A stretch of DNA of 64,000 nucleotides from an uncultured Phycisphaerales bacterium (GTDB lineage: Bacteria > Planctomycetota > Phycisphaerae > Sedimentisphaerales > Anaerobacaceae), in the NCBI GenBank assembly GCA_963772725.1, contig CAVYYI010000003.1, positions 352,001 through 416,000 of the forward strand, given 5' to 3'. Numbering within the stretch: the first letter of the stretch is position 1; each line of letters starts with the position of its first letter. The translations under genes were made by a program, and so were the position numbers. Below the pieces are notes generated by a model, which was given only the letters and a program-made list of their open reading frames with translations, made no database searches and was not told the origin of the DNA. This document shows, piece after piece, positions 44,928 to 55,692 of the stretch.

Positions 44928-46308
44928 TCATAGTCCCTTAACGGATTCGCATTTATTCTGTTTAATTTTCACTTCACTTTCAATAAAATTCTCGCTTGCC
45001 AGTTCCGTTATCATTGTATCGCCGATTTCAACATCGTCAACTTTTGCAATAACCTGTCCGGTCTTTTTACTGCTCGTAATACTATAACCTCGCTGCAGAA
45101 CCGATTTCGGATTCAGCCCCTGCAATCGCGCCGCCTGCGCGGTCAACTGAAGCTGACGTCTGTTCATTATAGCATTTATCGCCGCGTTTGTCCGATTCTC
45201 CAGATTATTTATATCCACCATTTTTCTGCCCAGCAGCCGATGAGGCTCAATCTTTACCACCTGCTCATAACAAAGCCGAGTTTTTTCTTTTGCACCGGTG
45301 ATAATTTCCCTAATCGCTTTCGACAGTGCCGCTTCGAGTTCATCGGCTTTCTGGGCCGCTATGAACACCGGGCCGAGCGGATTCTTAAACACTGCGCTTG
45401 CCAGCAGCGTCATCAGATTTCCGTGATACGATTCGAGTTTCGACTGGATTTTTGATTCTAACCTTTTTTGATAATACCCCAACTGCTCCAGCACCTCACT
45501 TACATCCGGCACAGCTATCATACCCGCCTTCGTAGGAGTCGATGCCCTGGCGTCAGCAACCAAATCCGCGATTGTCGTATCATACTCATGTCCCACCGCG
45601 CTTATGACTGGAATCTTCGAATCGTAAATCGCCCGTGCCAATACCTCTTCATTAAACGCCCACAAATCCTCGAGCGACCCGCCTCCCCGACCAACTATCA
45701 CAATATCGAGTTTAAGTGTTTTATTCCGCCTGTTGACCGCCCGTATCGACTTGGCGATTTCCTCCGCCGCCCCTTCTCCCTGAACCGGAACATCATACAA
45801 AAACAGCTTTGCGCAAGGCCACCTGCTGTGAATGCTCTCTTCTATATCGTGTATCGCCGCTCCCGATTCACTCGTCAATATCCCTATCCGCATCGGATAC
45901 GCCGGTATCGGCTTTTTATGCTCATCCGCGAAAAGCCCCTCCGCGGTAAGCCGCCTGACCATCTGCTCAAAAGCAAGCTGCAGCGCCAACCCCCGCAGGT
46001 TCCAGCTTATCCACATAAAACTGGTACTTGCCCTGAGGCGGATAAACGTCAATATATCCCGTCGCCAGGACAGCCATCCCGTTTTCCGGCGCAAATTTTA
46101 CGCTGTTGAATTTACTGGCCCACATAACACAAGGCACAATTCCCCCCGCGTCTTTGAGCGAAAAATAACAATGCCCGCTCGAATGACACCGCCAGTCGCT
46201 GATTTCTCCGCTTACCACCAGCCGCGATGGCAGAGTCTCCTCGAGCGCCTGCTTAATCAGCGAATTGATTTGGCTCACCGAATAAATTGTAAGCTTCGCC
46301 TTTGCCAT
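44928..46308 (-). CDS. xseA: Exodeoxyribonuclease VII large subunit, frameshift near 45984
   Basis: VSGEIS...SGHCYFSLKD OB-fold; RGGGSLEDLWAFN, SAVGHE.D, TPT, LQRGYS. Confidence 0.94.
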
Positions 46309-46379
46309 AACCTCTGCAAAAAAACCGCCGCACCTCGTTTGAATTTCTTCGTGCCTTTGTGCCTTCGTGGTTAAGATTT

Positions 46380-47342
46380 TTACTCGATTTTTTTCCGGTA
46401 AAGCCTGGTCTCAAGCGCATTTTGCCATGCCGTCCAGTTCGAGTCGCTCGTCTCGCCTTCGATGGCCGCGTTGACCTGACTGATTTTGGCGTCGAGGTCG
46501 TCGATATAATTGACCATAAACGCCTCCGCAGTCGCGGGCAGTTTCGGCGAACCGAACTCGTACTCGCCGTGATGCGCCAAAATAATATGCCCCAGCGAAT
46601 CCAATATCGCCTTATCAATCTTTGTCCCTTTTGCCGCCAGCGCATCGGCCTTTTTATTCAGCATAAAAAAACTCAGTGATATATGCCCAATCAACTGCCC
46701 GGCGTCTGTATAATTAAACGTCATATCGTAGCTGAGTTCCTCGGTCTTGCCCATATCGTGAAAGAATATTCCCGCCAGCACCAAATCCGGATTCACCTCC
46801 TCATACAAAGGCAATATCCCCGTCGCCACACGCAGCATATTATGCGTATGCTCCAAAAGCCCGCCTATAAAATTATGATGCAGCTTCACCCCGCCCGGCG
46901 CATTGCAGAACTTCTTCATCAACTCGGTATCAGTCAAAAAATCGTCAACCACCGCCTTTATCTGCGGATTCCTAACCTTCCCCACCATCTCCTTCACCTC
47001 CGCGAACAACTTCTTAACATCCTTCTTCGTTCGCGGCAGATAATCATCCAGCGTCACCTTACTCGCATCAATCGGACTAATCGTATTTATAACTATCTGC
47101 AGATTATTCTGATACAGCTCACTCCTGCCCTGTATATACACAAACCCAGGCTTAGGCAGCGAATTATAAATCACCTCACTCGCCTGCCACATCCTCCCGT
47201 TAAGCTGCCCCGTCCTGTCCAGCAGATACATCGCGATATACAAATCCCCCTTAGTCGTACTCCGCAAAATCGGGTCCTTAACCACATACACATCATTTAT
47301 CGTCTCACCAGGATTTATCTGATTTATAAACTTATGCGCCAT
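46380..47342 (-). CDS. YhaM-like 3'-5' exoribonuclease (OB fold + HD domain)
   Basis: DRTG, HHNFIGGLLEH, FHDMGK, LIGHI, AHHG..EFGSP, IDDLDAK. Confidence 0.9.
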   Translation of the reverse strand: MAHKFINQINPGETINDVYVVKDPILRSTTKGDLYIAMYLLDRTGQLNGRMWQASEVIYNSLPKPGFVYIQGRSELYQNNLQIVINTISPIDASKVTLDDYLPRTKKDVKKLFAEVKEMVGKVRNPQIKAVVDDFLTDTELMKKFCNAPGGVKLHHNFIGGLLEHTHNMLRVATGILPLYEEVNPDLVLAGIFFHDMGKTEELSYDMTFNYTDAGQLIGHISLSFFMLNKKADALAAKGTKIDKAILDSLGHIILAHHGEYEFGSPKLPATAEAFMVNYIDDLDAKISQVNAAIEGETSDSNWTAWQNALETRLYRKKIE

Positions 47343-47630
47343 TATTCACTCCATCATTAACATTAAATCAGATAAAATCATATTCTCTCCCCCCATTTTT
47401 TGCAAGAAACCTTTTAAATTCCCCTATTGCCCTCTGTTCCGTAACGCCTTACCGAGCCGCGAATGTCAATGAGCGGTAAATTCTTTCCTAAATCAAATCC
47501 CAAAGTCAGCGTAAAGTCGTCGAACTGTTTCATTACCCTTAATACCCCCCCAATTCAAAAATCCGTTCTAAAAAACCTTAGCAATTAGAATCAAAATAAT
47601 TTATCAAATCAATTAACTTATATCACAACT

Positions 47631-48735
47631 TTAGGCTTTGGTTGAACTATTAAATTTTCTTTTTTTCATTATATTGCGATAGAAACAAAAACCAATGATA
47701 ATCACAATAAAGAGTATCCCCCAAAAACCATATGCTCGTATAGAGAGATATGCAATATGTTTGTTTGATTCCCACCTTGCCGACATTTTGCAAGTGCCAC
47801 ACCAAGAAAAATATGGATAGCGTTTTTTTGCCTTCAAGGCATAGGAAAGAGGACGGTTATACTTTCCCATATATTCATAACATTTTGATATTTCCAAACA
47901 ACTCTGATGGGAATAATTCCTGTAAGTTTCCATTATACTGGCGCCCCGTTCTTTGTCGTTGGGTTCTGAATTCAAGACTACTGTAAAATACTCTATTGCC
48001 TCAGGATATTTTTTTCGTTCTTTTGATAAGATGCCAAGATTGAACATTGCTATCGACCACGAAGACTTTGCATTTGGATGTTTAGCAACTTCTCTCCAAT
48101 ATTGGTCCGCCTTTTCTCCATCTCCTATTGAATAACAATCTAAACCCGCGGTTAATAATGCTTTAGCAGCAGCATTTTCTTCCACATTCGACAATTCTGG
48201 AATGGCAGAAAGCGCAATAATATTACCTTTGATGTCTCCCCTTTTCTTAAGAAGTTCCGCAATTAAAAAGTACTTCTCTACCATCGGAAAATTTTGATTT
48301 TGCCAAGCGTTTATGATAGGCAGAATGCGTTTATGAAACCATTCTGGTCCAACTTCCAAATAGAAGGTACGGTAATCATTTAGTTCGACACGTTTAGTCA
48401 GCAGCCCACTTTTTCAATATTTCAATTCTTTTGTTAAGCATCTGCCGCCAGTCAGAAGCTATATTGTCTATAACAAGACCTTCAAGGATGGTGGCAGCCT
48501 CTATAAAATGGCCTCGTTCAGCAAAATTTTGCGATCTGCAGATATCTTGGGCAAATTTGTCGCTTCCAAAAGCCGACAATGAAATATCACCTTCTTTGTC
48601 GGCTTGTTGTTTTAGATTTTGCATATAATCATGAAGTTCATGTGCTGAACTTGAGTTTTGAATTGTATCTGCAGATATGTTGCAATATCTTGTGAGAAAT
48701 ATGACTATAAAGAGAAATATCCTAAATTTGATCAT
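47631..48735 (-). CDS. AT-rich TPR protein with signal peptide and C-terminal TM, frameshift near 48397
   Basis: Two ORFs joinable by one indel; TPR-like AMFNLGIL...YPEAIEYF. Confidence 0.6.
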
Positions 48736-48928
48736 TTGTTTTTCTCCTATAAATCAAATGTATATCCACTACTTTATGCCAGCAATTTAGCCCTGACAGT
48801 ATAAAATGTCAATTCCGCATTTTTACTTTTTGCTCTTTGCTTTTTCATATTTCTTTAATCAGTGACATCAGCGTAACCCGTGATTAAATTTAGTGTTTAT
48901 TCGTGTCCATTCGTGGTTAAAATTATTT

Positions 48929-49543
48929 TCACAAACGCCCAAGCTGCTCCAGACACAACTGCGACCACGTCTCCATCGTATCCCGCACTTCATTCAGCTC
49001 CGCCAGACTCATAAACTCCATCTGCGTAATCATCTGCTCCCGCCGATTAACCTTCGCCTCATCCAGCTTCCAATAATGCACAATCCCCAGATGCACACGT
49101 CCCACCTCATTCGATTCATCATTCAGCATCGCCACAACACTATTACTATGTTTCGCCTCCACCGAAACTTCCTCCGCCACCTCCCGCTCCACCGCCGCAA
49201 GATAAGTCTGGTAAAAATCCCCAAACAAAGGCATATCATCCGTAGGATTTATATGCCCCCCAATCCCGATAGACCGTTTCGCCACAAGACGCGTCTCCCC
49301 TGCGCGTTTGCCGCGGACGTAGCTTAGATATTTGCCGTTATGGCCCATTATGACATAAGGAATAAGCTGCTTATACGAGGGGTCCTGCTCAGCCTGTCCA
49401 CGCGGCATAAATCGCGGAATACCCGGCACAAAAATCTCCTTACAATAACGCTCAACATCAAACATCAGCCCGTTAAAGAGCCCGAGCTTTTCAATTACCT
49501 TACGCTCAACAACCAGCACCTGCTCTTCTTTACCCATCGCCAA
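48929..49543 (-). CDS. NUDIX-fold phosphoesterase
   Basis: AEQDPSYKQLIPY, GETRL...SIGIGGHIN, REVAEEV, VGRVHLG, METWS. Confidence 0.85.
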   Translation of the reverse strand: MAMGKEEQVLVVERKVIEKLGLFNGLMFDVERYCKEIFVPGIPRFMPRGQAEQDPSYKQLIPYVIMGHNGKYLSYVRGKRAGETRLVAKRSIGIGGHINPTDDMPLFGDFYQTYLAAVEREVAEEVSVEAKHSNSVVAMLNDESNEVGRVHLGIVHYWKLDEAKVNRREQMITQMEFMSLAELNEVRDTMETWSQLCLEQLGRL

Positions 49544-49660
49544 TTCTTTCTATCAAAAAAACATCTCACCTTTTAAAACTTTTCCCGAATATACCCGATT
49601 CCCCACCACCTGTAAAGGTAAACCAAGACACACATATTTCGCATTTTAATATTTCTTTTC

Positions 49661-49688
49661 TTGCTGTTTTTCCCAGATTTTATATAAT
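49661..49688 (+). promoter_or_regulatory. Sigma70-like promoter
   Basis: TTGCTG-16 nt-TATAAT upstream of 49743 ORF. Confidence 0.45.
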
Positions 49689-49742
49689 TAGCGGATAGTT
49701 CGGTGTTCAAAGAAACGGTAACTTATTAAGGGAAAATAAACA

Positions 49743-50009
49743 ATGACAGACATAAACCACATCATACTCGGCGTCCACATCACCAACCGCGTCAAACACG
49801 TCAGCAGTGTTCAGGATTTATTGACCAAATACGGCTGCAACATAAGGACCCGTCTCGGCCTGCACCACGTTTCTTCCGACTATTGTTCCCCCAACGGCCT
49901 GATGATTCTCGAAATGGCCGGCGACGACAAGCTCTGCTTCGAACTTATGGACAAACTAAACACCATCGAAGGCGTCGAAGTCCAGAAAATGGTCTTTCAA
50001 AAAGACTAA
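49743..50009 (+). CDS. Small ACT-like protein (TM1266/iron-only hydrogenase regulator-like)
   Basis: ILGVHITNR...VQDLLTKYGCNIRTRLGLH. Confidence 0.65.
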   Translation: MTDINHIILGVHITNRVKHVSSVQDLLTKYGCNIRTRLGLHHVSSDYCSPNGLMILEMAGDDKLCFELMDKLNTIEGVEVQKMVFQKD

Positions 50010-50231
50010 ACCGCATAAATTTTCCTGCCTCTATTTGCCTGCGACATATTTTCCACCACTCGCCCCACGTCACAGCGGCGAATGGTAATGCGAGGTAAAT
50101 CCCAAATCGGCATTTTCTGTCCAGCCTGCCGATTACGGTCTGTGTGGTTTTGCCCTTGCAGATAAGGCGATTCTACGATATAAGTATAGCCGTAAAAAAT
50201 CATTAATCATATATTAACGAGATACAGAACA

Positions 50232-51968
50232 ATGCTATATTCGAAGATGCTGATTCCGACGGTAAAGGAAGTCCCCGCGGACGCCGAGATACCGAGCCAT
50301 CAACTGATGATTCGGGCGGGTCTTATGCGTAAACTCGCCAGCGGGACATATACATATCTGCCTCTGGGTTTTCGCTGCCTTCAGAAGGTTATAAATATCG
50401 TCCGTGATGAGATGAATAAATCCGGCGCTCAGGAAATTTTAATGCCATCCGTTCAGCCGATAGAACTCTGGCAGCAGACCGGACGCGACGTCGATTACGG
50501 CGAAACCATGGCGAAATTCACCGACCGCCACGGAAGGGAAAATGTCCTTGCCCCCACCGCCGAGGAAGTCGTTACCTCGGTAGCCGCCAATGAGATAAAT
50601 TCATACAAGCAGCTGCCGATAAATCTTTACCAGATTAGTTTTAAATTTCGCGATGAGTTTCGTCCGCGATTCGGGGTATTGCGCTAGCGTGAATTCATTA
50701 TGAAAGACGCATACAGCTTCCACACGAACAATGAAAGCCTCAACGGCACTTACAGGATAATGTACGACACTTACTGCCGGATTTTCAAACGCTGCGGCCT
50801 GGAATATGTTATCGTTGAGGCCGAGGCGGGCGAAATGGGCGGCTCAGGCTCGCACCAGTTCACCATCCCCTGCGAATCGGGCGAGGATATAATCGTTTAT
50901 ACCCAGGACGGCTCTTATGCCGCCAACATTGAAAAGGCCGCCGTTGACCCGCTGGCAAGACCCAAGACACAAGACCAAAGACCCCAGATGGAAGAGGTGC
51001 ATACGCCTAATGTCGGGTCGATTGAGGCAGTTTGCGGATTTTTGAAGGCTAAGCCAAAGGATTTGATTAAGACGCTGATATACAGCGCCGATGGCGATGT
51101 CATCGTAGCGGTGGTCCGAGGCGACCACGAACTTAATCCCGAAAAATTTACGCAGACGCTCGGCGGAAAACGCACCGAATTGGCCGATGAAGCTATAATA
51201 CAAAAAGTAACAGACGCCAGAGTCGGTTTCGCAGGCCCAGTAGGAATCTCGCAAAAAGTTTCCAGGGTCATCATCGACCAGGCCGTCGCCGCGATGGCAG
51301 TCGGAATCACCGGCGCAAACAAAAGCGATTACCATATTAAAAACATCGTCCCCGGCAGAGATTTCCCGCTCAACGGCGAAAATACAGTTGTCGCCGATAT
51401 TCGTAACGCTGTTGAGGGTGACACGTATAAAGGTAAAAAACTGCTCTTTAAGCATGGCATTGAGGTTGGACAGGTGTTCAAACTCGGTACAAAATATAGT
51501 TCTAAAATCGGTGCGAAATTTCTTGACGAAGACGGCAAAGAAAAAATCTGCACGATGGGCTGCTACGGCATAGGCATCAACCGCATCGTCGCATCGGCAA
51601 TCGAAACAGGTCACGACGCGGACGGCATAATCTGGCCGATAAATATCGCACCCTTCGAAGTCATCATCACCTCCGTTGGAATCGAGACCGAAATAGTCCA
51701 GACCGCCGAGAAAATCCACAACGAGCTCCAGGCTGCGGGTATCGAATGCCTCTGGGATGACCGCGACGCCCGAGGCGGAGTAAAATTCAAAGATGCTGAC
51801 CTGATCGGTATTCCCGTCAGAATTACCATCGGCAAAAAATCCGTCGCCGAAGGCAACGTCGAAATCAAACTCCGCACCGACAAAACCAGCGATAAAATCG
51901 CAATTGAAAAAGCCGCCGGGAAAGCGGTTGAACTTGTCAATGGACTGAAACAGAAACTTAATCCGTAA
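50232..51968 (+). CDS. proS: Proline--tRNA ligase, in-frame TAG at 50685
   Basis: [40 protein letters not shown], editing domain, [22 protein letters not shown]. Confidence 0.95.
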
Positions 51969-51981
51969 TGGGGACAAAAAA

Positions 51982-52524
51982 ATGTGGGAACTCAGAACGC
52001 CTGACAGGGTAAAGCTGATTATCGGGATTCTGGCCTCCGACCAGAACAGCCTCAATATGGCCGTAAGAACCATTGAAGAAAAAATCGGCAAAATAGATTT
52101 GGCAAGCGACGTCTGGCCCTTCACGCAAACCGATTACTACAAAGAGCAGACCGGCGATAAAATTCTCCGCCAGTTTGTCAGCATCGAACGGCCTATTTCG
52201 CCTGGCAGGCTCGCTAAAATAAAACTGAAAACCAACAAACTCGAAGAAAAACTTGCGCATCTGTTAGGCCCCGAAGTCCACAGGCCGGTCAATCTCAACC
52301 CTGGCATTATAGAGACCGCAAAACTCATCCTCGCCTCAACAAAAAACTATTCGCATCGCATATACATAGGTAAAAAAATCTACGCCGAAGTAACTTTGAT
52401 TTTCGACAAAGGCTCTTGGCGCACAATGGATCACACTTACCCCGATTACAAACAGCAGTCTTATTTCGATTTTTTCAATAAAGTCAGGGCAAAATTATTG
52501 GAGCAGTTCAAATCAAAACGCTAA
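51982..52524 (+). CDS. DUF4416 family protein
   Basis: FTQTDYY.EQ.G, KLKTNKLE, RPVNLNPG, LASTKNYSHRIY, TYPDY. Confidence 0.8.
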   Translation: MWELRTPDRVKLIIGILASDQNSLNMAVRTIEEKIGKIDLASDVWPFTQTDYYKEQTGDKILRQFVSIERPISPGRLAKIKLKTNKLEEKLAHLLGPEVHRPVNLNPGIIETAKLILASTKNYSHRIYIGKKIYAEVTLIFDKGSWRTMDHTYPDYKQQSYFDFFNKVRAKLLEQFKSKR

Positions 52525-52541
52525 CCATATCAGCCATAAGT

Positions 52542-53622
52542 TTGACTGCGGGCGCGTTTATTCTTTCGGGCCTGCTCACCGCCATTATCAGGCCTCTGGC
52601 CATCCGCGCCGGTTTCGTCGCCCGGCCCTCGAAAGACAGGTACCACCAGACCGTTATCCCGCTGGGAGGCGGCATCGCGATTTACACCGTTATCGCCTTG
52701 GCGATATCAGCATCTATGATAATTGTGAATTTTCTCCTTGCTCCGGGGCATCTGAAAATTTTCGGAGAATCCGCAAATGAATATATCACAGGCTTTATGC
52801 GCAAAAGCAATCAGCTTACGGTCATTCTGTTTTGCGTTTCCATATTATTTCTCCTGGGGCTTATTGACGACAAAAAACATCTCGGCCCATTCATAAAGCT
52901 TGTTATGCAATTTGCTGTCGCTATAATCGCGGCTCTTTTCGCCGATATCCGTTTCGGATTTTTTATCCATAACCAAATCGTTACTTCGCTGATGTCAGCG
53001 GTCTGGATAGTTTTACTCATCAACGTATTTAACTTCCTCGATAATATGGACGGCGCCTCGGCGGGTATAGCCGCCATTGTTAGCGCCTGATTTGTTCGTC
53101 GCCGCTGCCGTAAGCGGACAGGTCTTTGTCGGCGGTCTTGCCTTACTCCTTGTCGGAACGCTCCTGGGATTTCTGGTCTTCAACTTTCCCCCCGCGAAAA
53201 TCTTTATGGGCGACGCAGGCTCACTTGTCATAGGTTTTTTTGTGGCCTTACTTACAATTCGCACCACTTATTATCACGAGGCGCAAAGCGGACAGTGGTA
53301 TCCGGTTGTTATGCCGCTGGTTGTCCTGGCAGTCCCGCTGTATGATTTTATCAGCGTTACTTTCCTGCGAATAAGCCAGGGCAAAAGCCCCTTTGTCGGC
53401 GACACACAGCATTTTTCCCATCGGCTAAAAAGAAGAGGATTTAGCGACACACAGACCGTTCTTACCCTGTACCTTGCAACTTTATGTACCGGATGCGGCG
53501 CGACTTTCCTTTACCAGGTTGACCTCTCGGGCACCTGGTTAATCTTTATTCAGACTTTTATGATAGTGGCGATTATCGCCGTTTTCGAATCGACCGCTAA
53601 AAATGATGAAAACGCAAATTAG
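52542..53622 (+). CDS. MraY/WecA-family polyprenyl-phosphate sugar-1-phosphate transferase, frameshift near 53086
   Basis: PLGGGIA, GLIDD, NVFNFLDNMDG; FNFPPAKIFMGDAGS, DTQHFSHRL. Confidence 0.88.
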
Positions 53623-55684
53623 CACCCAGTTAAGAAAAATCGAAGGCCGGACAATAGTCGAATACGTCATGCTTGGTTTTATTCTCTGCATAATAATTCT
53701 TCGCTGCGTATCTTCCGAAGGCATCAATCTGCAGACGCCCAATCAGCCGCTAAATCTCGGCAATATTTTATATAGTTTATCAATATCAACAATTCTGATT
53801 TTTTTGTTTCTCGTCTGGCTCGTGTGGAATTTCTGCAAGTCACAGACTCTTTATCGTTACTCCTCGATGGAAATCGGTGCGGGGCTGTTTATAATGGCCG
53901 CACTCGCCTCAATTTATACCGCCTGCGATAAACGAGTCGCTATAACTGATTTTACGATAATGCTTGCCCCAATCCTTATAGGGATAATCCTCACTCAAAT
54001 ACTCAATTCATACCTCAAGATTAAAATTTTTCTTTATACACTTGCCTCGCTCGGCGCCCTCGCGGCACTTTATTCATTCGTTCAGTTCTTCTGGATAAAC
54101 GATATTATGCTCGAACAGTACCGCGCCGACCCAAATATAATGCTCTCCGATCTGAATATCGCTCGCGGCTCATTACAGCAAATGCTTCTTGAGCATAGTC
54201 TCTATTCGCGAGATGTCCGGAGTTTCTTTACAACTGGCAACTCAGCCGGCTCATTTTACCTGCTGACCTTTTTTACCGCCCTCGCGTTATTAATTGAAAA
54301 CATCAATGCTAAAAAACCAACCACGCACAGACGCGTCGCAATTATCTTCTCAGTCTTATTTACTCTGATAATCGTTGCGGGCCTGCTTGTCACCCGCAGC
54401 AAAGGCGCCATCGCCGCAACGTTAATAGCCGCGATACTGTTTGCTATGATTCTACTATTTGGCCGCTGGTTAAATGCCCACAAAAAAACCGTTCTGCTTA
54501 TATGTCTCTTGGCGGTTATTATTGCGATTTATTTTATCATTTCTTATGGCCTGGCGCACGGCCGGTTGCCCGGCGGCAATTCCATGCTCGTAAGATGGCA
54601 ATACTGGCATGCCTCTGCCCAAATGTACGCTGACCATCCTTTTACCGGCGTAGGCCCCGGCAATTTCACCTATTTTTATTCCCATTATAAACCGCCCGCC
54701 GGTATTGAAACGGTCGCCAATCCACATAATTTCATCCTCTCGCTGCTTACGCAATATGGCCCCCTCGGCCTTGTTGGATTTCTCGCCGCTATCTTTATGC
54801 CGCTCAGTGCGATGGTTTTCAGTAATACAGCTTCAGTATCAAAAAATGTTACTCGCACAGCTCTATTTGTCGCGGTTCTCGGATTTTTGATTCATAATTG
54901 TATCGATTTCGCTATTTTCGAGCCTCCTGTTTTGACTGTTTTCTGGGTGATAACGGCCTGTCTGACTGCTATGCATTTAACTGAAAGAAATCAAACTGCG
55001 GCTGTCACAAAAACTCCACTATTAATAAAAATACTGATAGCGGCGGGAGCAATGGTGATAATGTGGTTATGCTCTTATTATATTCTGACCCCAGTCACTA
55101 AAACCACCGACAAAATCATTGAGGCGCATCAAGCCGCCTCTTATGGCCAATTCACTCTGGCGCACGACCTTTTAACTGAGGCCGCAAAAGATGACCTACT
55201 CGATGAGGCGCCTGCCGCTCTTAATGCGAGATTTTATTATGCAGAGTTTCAGATAGCCGGTGCGAAAAATCAAAAACCGCTTATCTCCGCCCGCGATTGT
55301 TTGCTTGAAGCAATAAGAAGAAATGATGCTGATTACAAAAATTTCGACAATTTGTCAGATGTCTATATTGGCCTTGCGAAAATAAACCTCAGTGAGGATT
55401 TTTTGAAAAAGGCCGCCGATGCCCTATGTGAAGCGATAAAGCGTTATCCCGCATCCGATAGGCTGCACTTTCAACTGGCACAGCTTGCCGAGCAGTTGGT
55501 CGAAAAAGAAACAGCACTTAGGGAATACAAAACAGCGGTCAGTATCGAGGATGCTTATCAGGAACAGTTCAAAACGATGTATCCGGGCCAGCGGGTTTTC
55601 AGCCGTCTCGGCGAGGAGCAATATCAAACCGCCAAACAGAAAATAAAAGAATTGTCCGAATCCTTATCTCCTGCCGCAAAATAG
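53603..55684 (+). CDS. O-antigen ligase (Wzy_C)-family protein with C-terminal TPR region
   Basis: TRSKGA, RWQYW, HPFTGVGPGNF, NPHN...QYGPLG, LIHNCIDF. Confidence 0.85.
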   Translation: MMKTQISTQLRKIEGRTIVEYVMLGFILCIIILRCVSSEGINLQTPNQPLNLGNILYSLSISTILIFLFLVWLVWNFCKSQTLYRYSSMEIGAGLFIMAALASIYTACDKRVAITDFTIMLAPILIGIILTQILNSYLKIKIFLYTLASLGALAALYSFVQFFWINDIMLEQYRADPNIMLSDLNIARGSLQQMLLEHSLYSRDVRSFFTTGNSAGSFYLLTFFTALALLIENINAKKPTTHRRVAIIFSVLFTLIIVAGLLVTRSKGAIAATLIAAILFAMILLFGRWLNAHKKTVLLICLLAVIIAIYFIISYGLAHGRLPGGNSMLVRWQYWHASAQMYADHPFTGVGPGNFTYFYSHYKPPAGIETVANPHNFILSLLTQYGPLGLVGFLAAIFMPLSAMVFSNTASVSKNVTRTALFVAVLGFLIHNCIDFAIFEPPVLTVFWVITACLTAMHLTERNQTAAVTKTPLLIKILIAAGAMVIMWLCSYYILTPVTKTTDKIIEAHQAASYGQFTLAHDLLTEAAKDDLLDEAPAALNARFYYAEFQIAGAKNQKPLISARDCLLEAIRRNDADYKNFDNLSDVYIGLAKINLSEDFLKKAADALCEAIKRYPASDRLHFQLAQLAEQLVEKETALREYKTAVSIEDAYQEQFKTMYPGQRVFSRLGEEQYQTAKQKIKELSESLSPAAK

Positions 55685-55692
55685 CTTTAAGA

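Noticed and set aside
46683..47360. 225-aa + strand ORF (similarly 34343-35089, 23921-24655, 45468-46109)
   Set aside because: Shadow ORFs opposite well-supported genes
50844..52124. 426-aa ORF on - strand
   Set aside because: Antisense shadow of proS with no recognisable motifs; explained by codon bias
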